A stretch of 64,000 bases of DNA from Candidatus Omnitrophota bacterium (lineage in GTDB: Bacteria > Omnitrophota > Gorgyraeia > Duberdicusellales > 4484-171), in NCBI GenBank assembly GCA_021735655.1, contig JAIPGM010000003.1:192001-256000 (forward strand), read 5' to 3'. The notes beneath the pieces were generated by a model. The model was given only the letters and a program-made list of their open reading frames with translations. It ran no database searches and was not told where the DNA came from. Each line of letters begins with the position of its first letter. Position 1 is the stretch's first letter. Of the stretch, positions 37,492-47,284 are shown one piece after another. Position numbers and translations under genes: made by a program.

Positions 37492-40400
37492 ATGAATTCG
37501 AAAAAGGATCTAGGCCTCGATAAATTCCCTCAGGTCGTAGTAGTTGAAGCCTCTGCCGGATCAGGCAAAACCTTTGCTTTAGCCAAAAGGTATCTCGAAC
37601 TTATCGCTAGCCCTAAGCTTATTAAAGAGCCTCTATCATTACGCTCGATTTTAGCTATTACTTTTACCAATAAAGCAACTATTGAGATGAAGGAACGAAT
37701 TCTTGATCTGCTTAAAAAAATAGCCCTAGATGGTTTTTTGAGTCAAGCCGAAAGAGAAGATATTCTAAACTTGTTAGGCTTAGATCAGGAAAAGGCTAAG
37801 CTGATCGCTCATGATATTGTTGATAGGATAGTTCGCCATTATAATTTTTTTCAAGTTAAAACTATTGATAGTTTTATCAATGCCCTTCTTTTAGGTTGCG
37901 CTTTAAACATTGACCGTTCAAGCTCCTTTAAGATTAAGCGTGATTACCGACATCATTTGGCCTTTTGTCTTGATTTAGTTATTGACCAAGCTTCAAGTAA
38001 TCGAGTAATCTTAAAGCTTCTTGAGGAGTTTTTAGATCACTATTTATTTGTTGAAAACCGAAAAGGTTGGTTTCCCAAGGAGGATATTCTAAGTTTAATG
38101 CATTCTTTGTTCACTTTAAGTAATAAGTTTGGTGGTCTTTTTCAGGTCTACAAGGGCAAAGGTTTGGATGTAATTAAAATGAAACGACATATTTATCAAA
38201 AGATTGTCGAGCTTTCACTTACCTTGCCGGAAGGCATCAATGCTAATGCGTTTAGGTCTATCGTTGGTTTTGTTGATAAGTCAGAAAATATATTTGATAT
38301 CGCTGACATTCCCCAAAGTTTAACTAAGTCTAATCCACTGATGAATAAGGAAAAAGTCGCTCCGGAAGACTTTATTAAAAGGTGGAGGAGTATCCATGGG
38401 CAGTTAGTTGAGCTCATCGAGCTTGACGCGACGGTTGCTTACAATCCTTACGTAGCTCTTTTTCATAAGCTATTAGAGTTTTTTCAGGTTATATCTAAAA
38501 AAGAAGACGTATTATTTTTAGAAGAGCTTAATCATAAGGCGCGTTTACTTTTTGATCAGGAGGGCTTAACTGTCGCCGAAGCTTATTATCGTTTAGCTAC
38601 TAGATTCAGACACTACCTGATTGATGAATTTCAGGATACCAGTATTTTGCAGTGGCGTAATCTAGAGCCGATGATTGATGAGGCTTTGTCAACTGGTGGT
38701 TCTTTATTTTATGTTGGGGATAAAAAGCAGGCTATCTATCGTTTTCGTGGTGGCGAGTCCGGTCTTTTTGATGAAATTAAAGGTAAATTTTCACGATATA
38801 ATGTTATCCCGACTCAACTTACCAACAATTGGCGCAGCCAAAAAGCAATCATTGATTTTAACAACAGGATATTTTCAAAGGATAACTTAGCTAAGGCTTT
38901 AGAGCTTTCTGGAATAAATGAGGCACTTTCTGGTGATTCCGGTGGTTGTAGCGAAATTGCAGATGTGTTTAAAGATGCCTTTCAGAAAGGTAGGGACAAA
39001 AATTGCATGGGTTATGTGTCTGTTGAGCATTTGGATGAGAAGAATCAATCCGAGCGAAATGAAATTATGCAGCCTAAGATTATAGGCTTACTTAAGAGCT
39101 TAAGCGAGCGTTTCCGCTATGAAGATATTGCAATACTTACCCGCAACAACTCTGAAGTAGAGCTAATAAGTTCTTGGTTACTTTCAGAAAAGATTCCAGT
39201 TGAGTCGGAAAAAACTCTTAACGTCATTGAGAATTCTTTAATCAAGGAAGTTATCTGTCTTTTAAAATTTCTGAATTCTCCGATTGACGATTTGAGTTTT
39301 GTCGGTTTTATTCTTGGAGAAATATTTATTAAAGCTAGTGGGGTATCCCGAGAGCAAATCAGCCAGTTTATTTTTGAGCTTCATTCTAAGCGGAAGGGAA
39401 GTGGAGGTATTTCTTTTTATCGTAAGTTTGCCAAGCAGTATCCGAAAATTTGGAAGCAGTACTTTGAAGATTTTTTTCAGAGTGTTGGGTTTATTTCAGT
39501 TTATGAGTTGCTTTCGAGTATTTATAATCGTTTTAGCCTGTTTGCTAATTTTTCTAAGCAGCAGGCTTTTTTTATGAAGTTTTTTGAGTTAGTTAAACAG
39601 AGAGAAGATGAATACGTTGGGATTGGGGAGTTTTTAGATTATTTAGAGAGTGCAGCTTCCGAAGATCTATATGTTACTATCACCCATAGCGATTCGGTTA
39701 AAGTTCTTACTGTTCATAAGTCCAAGGGGTTGGAATTCCCGGTAGTGATTATTCCTTTTTTTAGGATCGAGATAAGCCCAGAAACCGGCGCTAAAGGAAC
39801 GAATTCTTATGTTTTGCCTGGCAATGAGAATCAAGATTTAGGTTTAGTGAGAATTACAAAAACTCACCGTCTTTTTTCTAAGAAATTAAATAAGATTTAT
39901 GCTCAAAATTACAAGAAGGCCTGTATTGATGAGTTGAATAATATCTATGTAGCCTTAACTCGGCCTAAACATGAGTTATATATTTTTATTCCTAATAAGA
40001 GTGGCCCAAGCTCTAATAAGGCTTCGTTTTTTATTCCTAAGGATTTAACTAAGCTTGGCGTCCAGAAGGAATATTCGGATTTAAAAAAAGATATCACTCA
40101 GCCAATGATCGAGACTCAGGGCCAGGATTATCGAAATTGGATAGATGTTCTTGGTGAAAAAAAGACTCCTAAGTCAGAAGTTATTAATCGGGAGAAAATA
40201 TTGGAAGGAAAAGTAATCCACGCTTTGCTTGCCCAAATTAAAAATTACTCAGTTAGAGACAAAAGCTTAGCGGTTGATGAGGCTATTGCTATTGTCAAAA
40301 GAGATTATCCTAATATCGATAACTTTGCTCAATATAAGAATAAACTTATTAAATTGGTGGAAGATGAAAGATTTAAAGATATATTTTATTCTGGCGAAGC

Positions 40401-40644
40401 TAAGGTTTATTGTGAAAAAGAAGTGGTTAACAAGTATGGTGATTTAAAAAGAGTTGATCGGTTGATCATTGGTGAAAAAGATATCACCATCATTGACTAT
40501 AAGAGCACAAGCAGCCAAATGGATAAAGACAGAGAGCAGGTTAAGGAATATTTAGAGATATTTTCCGGTATCTATTCTAAAAAGAAACTTAAAGGGTTTA
40601 TCGTGTATTTAGACGATTTTTCTTTAGAAGAAGTAAAATTTTAA
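37492..40644 (+). CDS. addA: ATP-dependent helicase/nuclease subunit A (AddA/RecB-like UvrD-family helicase with a C-terminal PD-(D/E)XK nuclease)
   Basis: Walker A EASAGSGKTF, UvrD motifs (DEFQDTS; YVGDKKQAIYRFRGG) and the C-terminal nuclease motif DRLIIGEKDITIIDYKST. Confidence 0.8.
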   Translation: MNSKKDLGLDKFPQVVVVEASAGSGKTFALAKRYLELIASPKLIKEPLSLRSILAITFTNKATIEMKERILDLLKKIALDGFLSQAEREDILNLLGLDQEKAKLIAHDIVDRIVRHYNFFQVKTIDSFINALLLGCALNIDRSSSFKIKRDYRHHLAFCLDLVIDQASSNRVILKLLEEFLDHYLFVENRKGWFPKEDILSLMHSLFTLSNKFGGLFQVYKGKGLDVIKMKRHIYQKIVELSLTLPEGINANAFRSIVGFVDKSENIFDIADIPQSLTKSNPLMNKEKVAPEDFIKRWRSIHGQLVELIELDATVAYNPYVALFHKLLEFFQVISKKEDVLFLEELNHKARLLFDQEGLTVAEAYYRLATRFRHYLIDEFQDTSILQWRNLEPMIDEALSTGGSLFYVGDKKQAIYRFRGGESGLFDEIKGKFSRYNVIPTQLTNNWRSQKAIIDFNNRIFSKDNLAKALELSGINEALSGDSGGCSEIADVFKDAFQKGRDKNCMGYVSVEHLDEKNQSERNEIMQPKIIGLLKSLSERFRYEDIAILTRNNSEVELISSWLLSEKIPVESEKTLNVIENSLIKEVICLLKFLNSPIDDLSFVGFILGEIFIKASGVSREQISQFIFELHSKRKGSGGISFYRKFAKQYPKIWKQYFEDFFQSVGFISVYELLSSIYNRFSLFANFSKQQAFFMKFFELVKQREDEYVGIGEFLDYLESAASEDLYVTITHSDSVKVLTVHKSKGLEFPVVIIPFFRIEISPETGAKGTNSYVLPGNENQDLGLVRITKTHRLFSKKLNKIYAQNYKKACIDELNNIYVALTRPKHELYIFIPNKSGPSSNKASFFIPKDLTKLGVQKEYSDLKKDITQPMIETQGQDYRNWIDVLGEKKTPKSEVINREKILEGKVIHALLAQIKNYSVRDKSLAVDEAIAIVKRDYPNIDNFAQYKNKLIKLVEDERFKDIFYSGEAKVYCEKEVVNKYGDLKRVDRLIIGEKDITIIDYKSTSSQMDKDREQVKEYLEIFSGIYSKKKLKGFIVYLDDFSLEEVKF

Positions 40645-40657
40645 TTTAATAATAGTT

Positions 40658-43471
40658 ATGGAAAAAGTCGTAAGTTTAAATTTAAGTGATAATTTTATTG
40701 AAAGACTAGCCGATTTTATCCTTGATAATTTCAAGGATACCACTGATTTTAGCAATATTGCTTGTGTTTTTGGCGGCAAGCGGCCAAGTTTATTTTTGCG
40801 GCGGGCTCTTAGCGAGAAAATAAAAAAGCCTTTTTATCCACCGACTATTTTTACGATTGATGAGTTTGTGGAATATTCTTTGGGTGCATCAGCTAAGAGG
40901 CCGATCGGTGATCTTGAGGCGGCTTATTGTGTTTACAATATTGTTGCTAAGTATTCACCGAGCTTACTTAAGAAAAGAAAGGGTTTCGCTGAATTTTTAC
41001 CTTGGGCTAGAGAGATTAATTCTTTTATCGAACAACTTGATTTGGAAAATATTTCTAATCAGAAGCTTAAAGGGATAGCTAGCAGCGCTGAGATTGGATA
41101 TGATGTGCCAGCTAGCATCAATAAGCTTCTTGAAAACATCGCCCAAATACGTTATAGCTATCATAAAATTTTAGATGAGAATAAGTTTTATTCACGGGGA
41201 GGCATGTATTTAGAGGCATCTCTTCAGATAAAAAAGAAGCAATTAGAAGAGTTTAAAGCAGTAGTATTTTGTAACTTTTTTTATCTGCACAGTACTGAAA
41301 TGGAAATTATGAAGGAAGTTAAGGCTAGCGGCAAGGGTTTTTTTATTTTTCAAGGTTCAAGCCGTGAGTGGTCGGTATTAAATAAAACTGCAACTGAACT
41401 CGAAGTGACTATCGAGCCGAATTCTAAAGAGGTAAGCCGTCCGAATTTAAATTTTTATCAGGGTTTTGATATGCATTCAGAAGTAGTTCTTGCTCATCAT
41501 GCGTTTAAGAAAGTTAAGAACAAAGAAAATACAGTAATTGTTTTACCTAAAACTGAGACTTTGATTCCTTTACTTACTGAGGTCGCTCCTTCAATTGGTG
41601 CATGTAATGTTTCGATGGGGTATCCTCTGAAGCGTAGCTCGCTGTTTGTTTTGCTCCATCTTCTACGAAAAGTCCAAGAAAGTAAAAAAGACTCAAAAGT
41701 ATACACCCGAGATTACCTAAATTTAATTAGGCACCCGTTAGTTAAAAATTTGAAGATTTCTAGCGATCCAGTAATAACTCGGATTATTGTACATAAGTTA
41801 GAGGAGTTGTTGCAGGGTAGTGAAACTAGTACAATTGGTGGTAGTTTATTTTTATCTCTTTCAGATATAGAACATGAGGCAAAAATTTATTCCTTGGCTG
41901 TCCAGACGCTTAAAAGTATCAATATTAACGTTGAGGAGGCCGAATGTAGACGGGTGTTGCTTAAGCTTCATCAGTTATTTTTTTCAATTTGGAAAGAGAA
42001 TGGTACTTTTTTTGATTTTGCTGATAATTTTAAAAAGGTTTTAGGATTCCTTGTTGAAAATAGTGCGCTGGATAAATTTTCTTTAAACCTAAAGGTTATT
42101 GAAAAACTTCAAAATTTAATTGATGAGTTTAAAAGTCTGTCATTTAAAGATCAAATATTTTCTAGCAGCCAGATTTGGGAGATTTTTGAGCAAAAGCTTG
42201 AATATGAAAAGATATCATTTATTGGCTCTCCGTTAAAGGGAACCCAGGTGTTAGGCCTTTTTGAGACACGTTCTTTAAGTTTTGAAAATGTTATTGTTCT
42301 TGATCTTAATGAAGGGGTCTTACCTAAATTGAAGATTTATGAGCCTTTAATCCCGCGTGAAGTTATGCTTAATTTAGGTTTAAGTCGTCTCGAAAAGGAA
42401 GAAGAAATTCAAAGATATCAGTTTAGTTCGCTGATTGCTTCGGCCAAGGTTGCTGATTTGATATATGAAAAAAGTCAGGAAAAAGAAAAGAGTCGGTTTG
42501 TTGAAGAAATATTTTGGAGAATTCAAAAAGAAAAAGGAAATCTTTCGGCGGCAACCGTTTCCGGTGTTTCATTTTCTATTGCTACTAGCTTAAAACAGAC
42601 TGTGATTAAGAAAACAGTTCCGGTAATTGAATTTTTAAAAAAGGAGAAATATTCTGCTAGTCGGCTCAATACTTACCTTAGCTGTCCGTTAAAGTTTTAC
42701 TATCAATATGTTTTGGGCTTAAAAGAGCAGGAAGATGTGCTTGATGAGCCGCAGAGCTCTCACATTGGAACTTTTATTCATGAGCTTCTTGAGGAAACCT
42801 TTAAGAAGTTTAAGGGCCGCCAACCGTTGATTAATCAAAGCTTCAGAGATTACTTTTTTAAGAAGATGGATGTTAAGTTTGAAAATGAACTTGCGCCGCG
42901 CATGAAATCTGATTCTTTTTTACTTGCGCGAATAATTAAAAACCGCCTTGAGCGATTTCTTGACAATGAAAAGGAGCGTTCGGTTAAAAAGATTATTTGC
43001 TTAGAGGAGAGGCGGGTTGGGCGGTTGAGTTTAGATAACTACTCTTTAGAATTTAACTACACGGTAGATAGGATCGACCAGCTAGGAGATGATAGCCTGG
43101 TAATCATTGATTATAAGACTGGCGGAGCAGATTTTTCACCTAAGAAACTTAAAGTTCTTCAAAAGATGGAGATGAGTCGAGATTCGATAAAAGAGTGCAT
43201 AAGATCATTTCAGCTTCCGCTTTATTATTATTTTACTTTACAGGAATTTCCTAATAAAAGTATTAATGCTCAAATTTATAATTTGCGTAGTTTAGAGCGC
43301 AAAAGTTTTATTGCTGAAAGTGACTACTCACAGCGAGAGAGGGTATTAGAAATTTGCTTAAGGGCTTTAGCTACAGTATTCGATGAGCTGTTTGACTCTA
43401 AGATTGACTTTTTGCCTGAGAAGGAGGAAAGGAAATGTTCCTTTTGTCCTTTTAGATGGTTTTGCGTCTAG
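40658..43471 (+). CDS. addB: helicase/nuclease subunit B (AddB-like), with a degenerate ATPase region and a RecB-family nuclease carrying an Fe-S 'iron staple'
   Basis: C-terminal nuclease VIIDYKTG; one Cys upstream (YLSCPLKF) plus C-x2-C-x5-C at the extreme C-terminus (CSFCPFRWFC), as in AddB. Confidence 0.7.
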   Translation: MEKVVSLNLSDNFIERLADFILDNFKDTTDFSNIACVFGGKRPSLFLRRALSEKIKKPFYPPTIFTIDEFVEYSLGASAKRPIGDLEAAYCVYNIVAKYSPSLLKKRKGFAEFLPWAREINSFIEQLDLENISNQKLKGIASSAEIGYDVPASINKLLENIAQIRYSYHKILDENKFYSRGGMYLEASLQIKKKQLEEFKAVVFCNFFYLHSTEMEIMKEVKASGKGFFIFQGSSREWSVLNKTATELEVTIEPNSKEVSRPNLNFYQGFDMHSEVVLAHHAFKKVKNKENTVIVLPKTETLIPLLTEVAPSIGACNVSMGYPLKRSSLFVLLHLLRKVQESKKDSKVYTRDYLNLIRHPLVKNLKISSDPVITRIIVHKLEELLQGSETSTIGGSLFLSLSDIEHEAKIYSLAVQTLKSININVEEAECRRVLLKLHQLFFSIWKENGTFFDFADNFKKVLGFLVENSALDKFSLNLKVIEKLQNLIDEFKSLSFKDQIFSSSQIWEIFEQKLEYEKISFIGSPLKGTQVLGLFETRSLSFENVIVLDLNEGVLPKLKIYEPLIPREVMLNLGLSRLEKEEEIQRYQFSSLIASAKVADLIYEKSQEKEKSRFVEEIFWRIQKEKGNLSAATVSGVSFSIATSLKQTVIKKTVPVIEFLKKEKYSASRLNTYLSCPLKFYYQYVLGLKEQEDVLDEPQSSHIGTFIHELLEETFKKFKGRQPLINQSFRDYFFKKMDVKFENELAPRMKSDSFLLARIIKNRLERFLDNEKERSVKKIICLEERRVGRLSLDNYSLEFNYTVDRIDQLGDDSLVIIDYKTGGADFSPKKLKVLQKMEMSRDSIKECIRSFQLPLYYYFTLQEFPNKSINAQIYNLRSLERKSFIAESDYSQRERVLEICLRALATVFDELFDSKIDFLPEKEERKCSFCPFRWFCV

Positions 43472-43483
43472 GGCGAGGGGGGA

Positions 43484-43639
43484 TTATTTTTTCTTTTTTG
43501 TGCGTCGCTTTTGGGATGGTTTTATGAAATATTGTCGTTCTCGGAACTTCTTAACAATCCCTTCTTTTTTACATTGAGCCCGAAAACCGCGCAAAGCTCT
43601 TTCAAAATCTTCATTTTTGTTAATTTGTACTTCAGCCAT
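43484..43639 (-). CDS. rpsU: 30S ribosomal protein S21, 51 aa; missed by the ORF track because it is under 60 aa
   Basis: Hand translation of the minus strand gives MAEVQINKNEDFERALRGFRAQCKKEGIVKKFRERQYFIKPSQKRRTKKKK, which matches the S21 family pattern. An AGGAGG RBS lies 6 nt upstream of the ATG. Confidence 0.7.
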   Translation of the reverse strand: MAEVQINKNEDFERALRGFRAQCKKEGIVKKFRERQYFIKPSQKRRTKKKK

Positions 43640-43764
43640 TGATTCCTCCTGGTTTCGAATGTTATACCATAATTATCATATTTTTCAAAGAAAAAATATT
43701 GGGGTTAAAAAAGGGGCAATTTTGGCCTTTATCCTTAGGCTTAATTGTGGTATGATTTTTATCA

Positions 43765-45624
43765 ATGGTTAAAGATAAAAAGCTTAATTTAAAGGATATT
43801 TTCTGTATTGCTACCGGGGCGATGATCTCATCAGGCCTTTTTGTCCTACCAGCTATTGCCTATCGCTATAGTGGGCCTTCGATAATTTTAGCTTATCTTG
43901 TTGCCGGTCTTTTAATGATTCCTTCCATTTTTAGTAAATCTGAGCTTCTTACAGCTATGCCCAAGTCCGGAGGCACCTATTTTTTCATCGAGAGAAGCTT
44001 TGGCCCACTTTTAGGTATTTTCGGCGGGTTAGCCAGTTGGTTTTCACTTAGCTTGAAGAGTGCTTTTGCTCTAATCGGTATCGGTGTATTTTTAGAATAT
44101 TTTTTGCCTTCAGCGAGCAGTCCTCAACTTTACTTTTTCATTAAGCTGATTGCGGCTTCTTTCTGTATAGTTTTTGTTTTAGTAAATATATTCAGTGTGC
44201 GCTTGAGTGCACGGTTACAGAACGTTTTAGTTTTCTTTTTACTTACGATTTGCGTTTCTTATATAGTTTTTGGGATAAAAAACATAAATTATGATAACTT
44301 TCGTCCTTTTATGTCTAAAGGTGTTTGGCCGTTTTTTTCGGTAGTCGGTTTAGTTTTTGTTTCTTATGGAGGTCTTACTAAGGTAGCTTCAATTGCCGAG
44401 GAAACTAAAGATCCTTCGCGAACTATTCCGGTTGGTATGTTTTTATCTTTCTTGGTGGTTCAAGTGATCTATGTTTTATCTGTAGCAGTGACAATTGGCT
44501 TGCTTTCATCGGGAGAATTAACTTCAACTTTTACCCCCTTAACTCATGGGGCGATTAAAATTGGCGGAATAACCTTTGGTATAGTTATTTCTCTGGCTGC
44601 GCTGGCGGCCTTTATTACTACTGCTAATGCCGGTATTTTGTCTTCTGCTCGGGTGCCTTATGCCATGGCTAAAGACAGCTTGCTTCCTTCTAAATTTTCT
44701 TTAGTTTCAAAAAAGTTCAATACTCCTTATGTTTCGATAATTTTTACCGGCTTGTTTATGCTTTTTTTGATACTTTTTTTGGATTTAGAAAATTTAGTTA
44801 AGACTGCCTCAACTTTGATGATTATTCTTTTTATTTTTGATAATCTTTCGGTAATTATAATGCGTCAAAGTCGCTTGATAAACTATCGGCCTAATTTCCG
44901 TTCGCCGTTTTATCCCTGGATGCAAATATTTGCCATTTTTGCATACGGATTTTTAATTTTTAAAATGGGCATAATACCTTTGGCGATAAGTGCTGGTTTT
45001 ATCGGTGTGAGTTTAATTTGGTTTGGTTTTTCATCGCGAAAGATTAAGCGCCAATCTGCCCTGATGCATATTGTTGAGCGGGTAACTGCTAAGGAGTTCG
45101 TAGATATATCTTTGGAAGATGAGTTAAAAGAAATTCTTCATAAGCGGGATAATGTTATTAAGGATCGTTTTGATCATTTGATTGAGAAATGTTTAGTTCT
45201 AGACTTAGATAAAGATATAACTAGGGATGGTTTTCTTTCTTTGATTTCAGAGGCTTTGCATCAGAGATTAGATATCGATAAGAAAATCGTTAAAGATTTA
45301 CTTATTGAGCGAGAAGAACAGTCAACCACAGTAATTGAAAAGGGCTTGGCTTTGCCGCATATCGTTGTTGAGGGGAAGAATAAGTTTGAGATAGTTATTG
45401 TTCGTTCAAAAGAGGGCCTAGCTTTTTCACATGAGAAAGATCCGGTTCATATTGTATTTGTTTTGGCTGGTTCAAAGGATGAGCGAAATTTTCATCTTAG
45501 ATCACTTATGGCAATTGCTCAGATTGTTCAAGGACATAACTTTCATAAGGATTGGATGCGAATGAAAGATGGTGAATCGTTACGAATGTTAGTTTTATCT
45601 TCAACCCGCAAACGAGATATATGA
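43765..45624 (+). CDS. APC-family amino-acid permease fused to a C-terminal PTS EIIA(Ntr/Fru)-type regulatory domain
   Basis: About 12 TM helices of APC type over ~430 aa. The C-terminal ~150 aa contain GLALPHIVVEGKNKFEIVIVRSKEGLAF, which aligns with PtsN IAFPHARVNSVKDIIICVGVSKEGVDF and has the same phospho-His context. Confidence 0.75.
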   Translation: MVKDKKLNLKDIFCIATGAMISSGLFVLPAIAYRYSGPSIILAYLVAGLLMIPSIFSKSELLTAMPKSGGTYFFIERSFGPLLGIFGGLASWFSLSLKSAFALIGIGVFLEYFLPSASSPQLYFFIKLIAASFCIVFVLVNIFSVRLSARLQNVLVFFLLTICVSYIVFGIKNINYDNFRPFMSKGVWPFFSVVGLVFVSYGGLTKVASIAEETKDPSRTIPVGMFLSFLVVQVIYVLSVAVTIGLLSSGELTSTFTPLTHGAIKIGGITFGIVISLAALAAFITTANAGILSSARVPYAMAKDSLLPSKFSLVSKKFNTPYVSIIFTGLFMLFLILFLDLENLVKTASTLMIILFIFDNLSVIIMRQSRLINYRPNFRSPFYPWMQIFAIFAYGFLIFKMGIIPLAISAGFIGVSLIWFGFSSRKIKRQSALMHIVERVTAKEFVDISLEDELKEILHKRDNVIKDRFDHLIEKCLVLDLDKDITRDGFLSLISEALHQRLDIDKKIVKDLLIEREEQSTTVIEKGLALPHIVVEGKNKFEIVIVRSKEGLAFSHEKDPVHIVFVLAGSKDERNFHLRSLMAIAQIVQGHNFHKDWMRMKDGESLRMLVLSSTRKRDI

Positions 45625-46655
45625 TACCTAAAACAAAAATCATTGCTACCCTAGGCCCGGCGAGTAATACCGAGGCTGTTCTGAGAAAAATGTACCTGAG
45701 TGGTCTTGATATAGTACGGCTTAATTTTTCACACGGTAACCATCAAGAACATTTACAACGAGTGAAGATCGTCCGTATGCTTAATAAAAAATTGCATCGG
45801 GCAGTTAAGATAATGCAGGATTTAGAGGGTTATCGTCTGCGAGTCGGTAAGTTAAAAGAGCAATTTTATTTAAAAAAAGGTGAAAAACTTTACTTAACTC
45901 AGGAAGATATTCTGGGAGATAGAGGAGAAGTGTCTTTTGACTATAAAGGTTCGTTGAGACGCATTAAAAAAGGATTTTTAATCCATATTGATGATGGTCG
46001 GATAACTCTGAGAGTTTTGTCAGTTGAAAAAAAGTGCCTAAAAACTCGAGTAGTTACCGAAGGTCAATTAAGGGATTCAAAGGGGATAAATATCCCTGAG
46101 GCAAAATTAGAGTTTGAGGCGCTTACCGATAAAGATAAAAAGGATGTAAAAGTAGCCATAGCTCAGAAATTTGATTATATTGCTCAATCTTTTGTGAGTT
46201 CAGCTAAAGATTTAAAGTTACTTAAAAATATAGTTTTACCGAAGCATCCAAAATGTAAGTTTTATGCTAAGGTTGAAAGTAGAATTGCTTTGGTTAATTT
46301 AGATGAAATTATTAACGAAGCTGATGGAATAATCGTTGCTCGTGGCGATCTTGGTATTTGTGTTCCAATCTATAAAGTCCCCACCATTCAGAAAGAGATT
46401 GTTAAGAAGTGCCATTCTAAGAATAAGCCGGTAGTTGTGGCGACTCAAATGCTGGACAGTATGACTGACCAAGCGTTACCGACTCGGGCTGAGGTAAGTG
46501 ATGTAACTAATGCTATTCTTGATGGTGCGACTCATCTTCTTCTATCGGCTGAAACGGCAGTTGGCCGGCATCCTCAGAGAGTAGTAGATATGATGAATAA
46601 GGTAATTAAGAACACTGAGAGCTATCAGAGAAAGTTAAAGGATTTATTGAAATGA
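45621..46655 (+). CDS. pyk: pyruvate kinase-like protein with A and B domains only; the C-terminal allosteric domain is absent
   Basis: IIATLGPAS, RLNFSHG, the K-V-E-S signature region and MLDSM...PTRAEVSDVTNA. Length is 344 aa against about 470 typically. ATGA overlaps with the permease stop and the coaB start. Confidence 0.7.
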   Translation: MIPKTKIIATLGPASNTEAVLRKMYLSGLDIVRLNFSHGNHQEHLQRVKIVRMLNKKLHRAVKIMQDLEGYRLRVGKLKEQFYLKKGEKLYLTQEDILGDRGEVSFDYKGSLRRIKKGFLIHIDDGRITLRVLSVEKKCLKTRVVTEGQLRDSKGINIPEAKLEFEALTDKDKKDVKVAIAQKFDYIAQSFVSSAKDLKLLKNIVLPKHPKCKFYAKVESRIALVNLDEIINEADGIIVARGDLGICVPIYKVPTIQKEIVKKCHSKNKPVVVATQMLDSMTDQALPTRAEVSDVTNAILDGATHLLLSAETAVGRHPQRVVDMMNKVIKNTESYQRKLKDLLK

Positions 46656-47284
46656 GGATATTAATAACAGCCGGAGCAACCTGGGTTAAGGTTGATGAGG
46701 TGCGGATCTTTACGAATTGCTTTACTGGTAAGAGCGGGCTTTATTTAGCCCGAGAACTAAAGAAAAAAGGTCATTCAGTCACTCTTTTGATAAACCCTCA
46801 TTGTACCGGCAAGATAAGTGATATCACTTCAGTTTATTATCGTTATTTTGATGAATTTAAAAGTAAAGTTTATCAAATTTTACGAAAGAAAAATTATGAC
46901 GCTATAATTCACATGGCTGCAGTGAGTGATTATCAGTTAAGGGTCCCTAAAAAAGGCAAGATTCCATCGGGCAGGAGCAACCTAATATTAAAACTGGTGC
47001 CGGCTGAGAAGATCGTTAAGACAATTAGAAAACTAGCCAAGGAAGCACTATTAATCCAATTTAAATTAGAAGCCAATCGTAAAGGTTTAAAGGAGAAGGC
47101 CTATAAAAGTCTAAAAAGCAATAAAAGTGATTTTGTGGTTGCTAATAGTCTAACCGATATGGACTTAGGTTATAAGGCTTTCTTAATTAATGATAAGAAA
47201 AAAGTGATTAATATCGGATCTAAAAAAGCCCTTGCTGATACTTTGAATCGGATTATAATAAAACAATCATGGAAAAAGGTCTAA
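46652..47284 (+). CDS. coaB: phosphopantothenate--cysteine ligase (stand-alone CoaB)
   Basis: MRILITAGATWVKVDEVRIFTNCFTGKSG matches the CoaB/DFP C-terminal domain family. Confidence 0.75.
   Translation: MRILITAGATWVKVDEVRIFTNCFTGKSGLYLARELKKKGHSVTLLINPHCTGKISDITSVYYRYFDEFKSKVYQILRKKNYDAIIHMAAVSDYQLRVPKKGKIPSGRSNLILKLVPAEKIVKTIRKLAKEALLIQFKLEANRKGLKEKAYKSLKSNKSDFVVANSLTDMDLGYKAFLINDKKKVINIGSKKALADTLNRIIIKQSWKKV

Noticed and set aside
43472-43500. G6 homopolymer and T-runs between the addB and rpsU stops, considered as a phase-variation tract or bidirectional terminator
   Set aside because: The G-run is only 6 nt, it is intergenic, and no stem-loop can be formed. It is most likely just the convergent 3' UTRs.
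43383-43577. Track ORF of 64 aa on the + strand between addB and the permease
   Set aside because: It overlaps the much better supported minus-strand rpsU. It has no RBS and odd composition, so I treat it as spurious.
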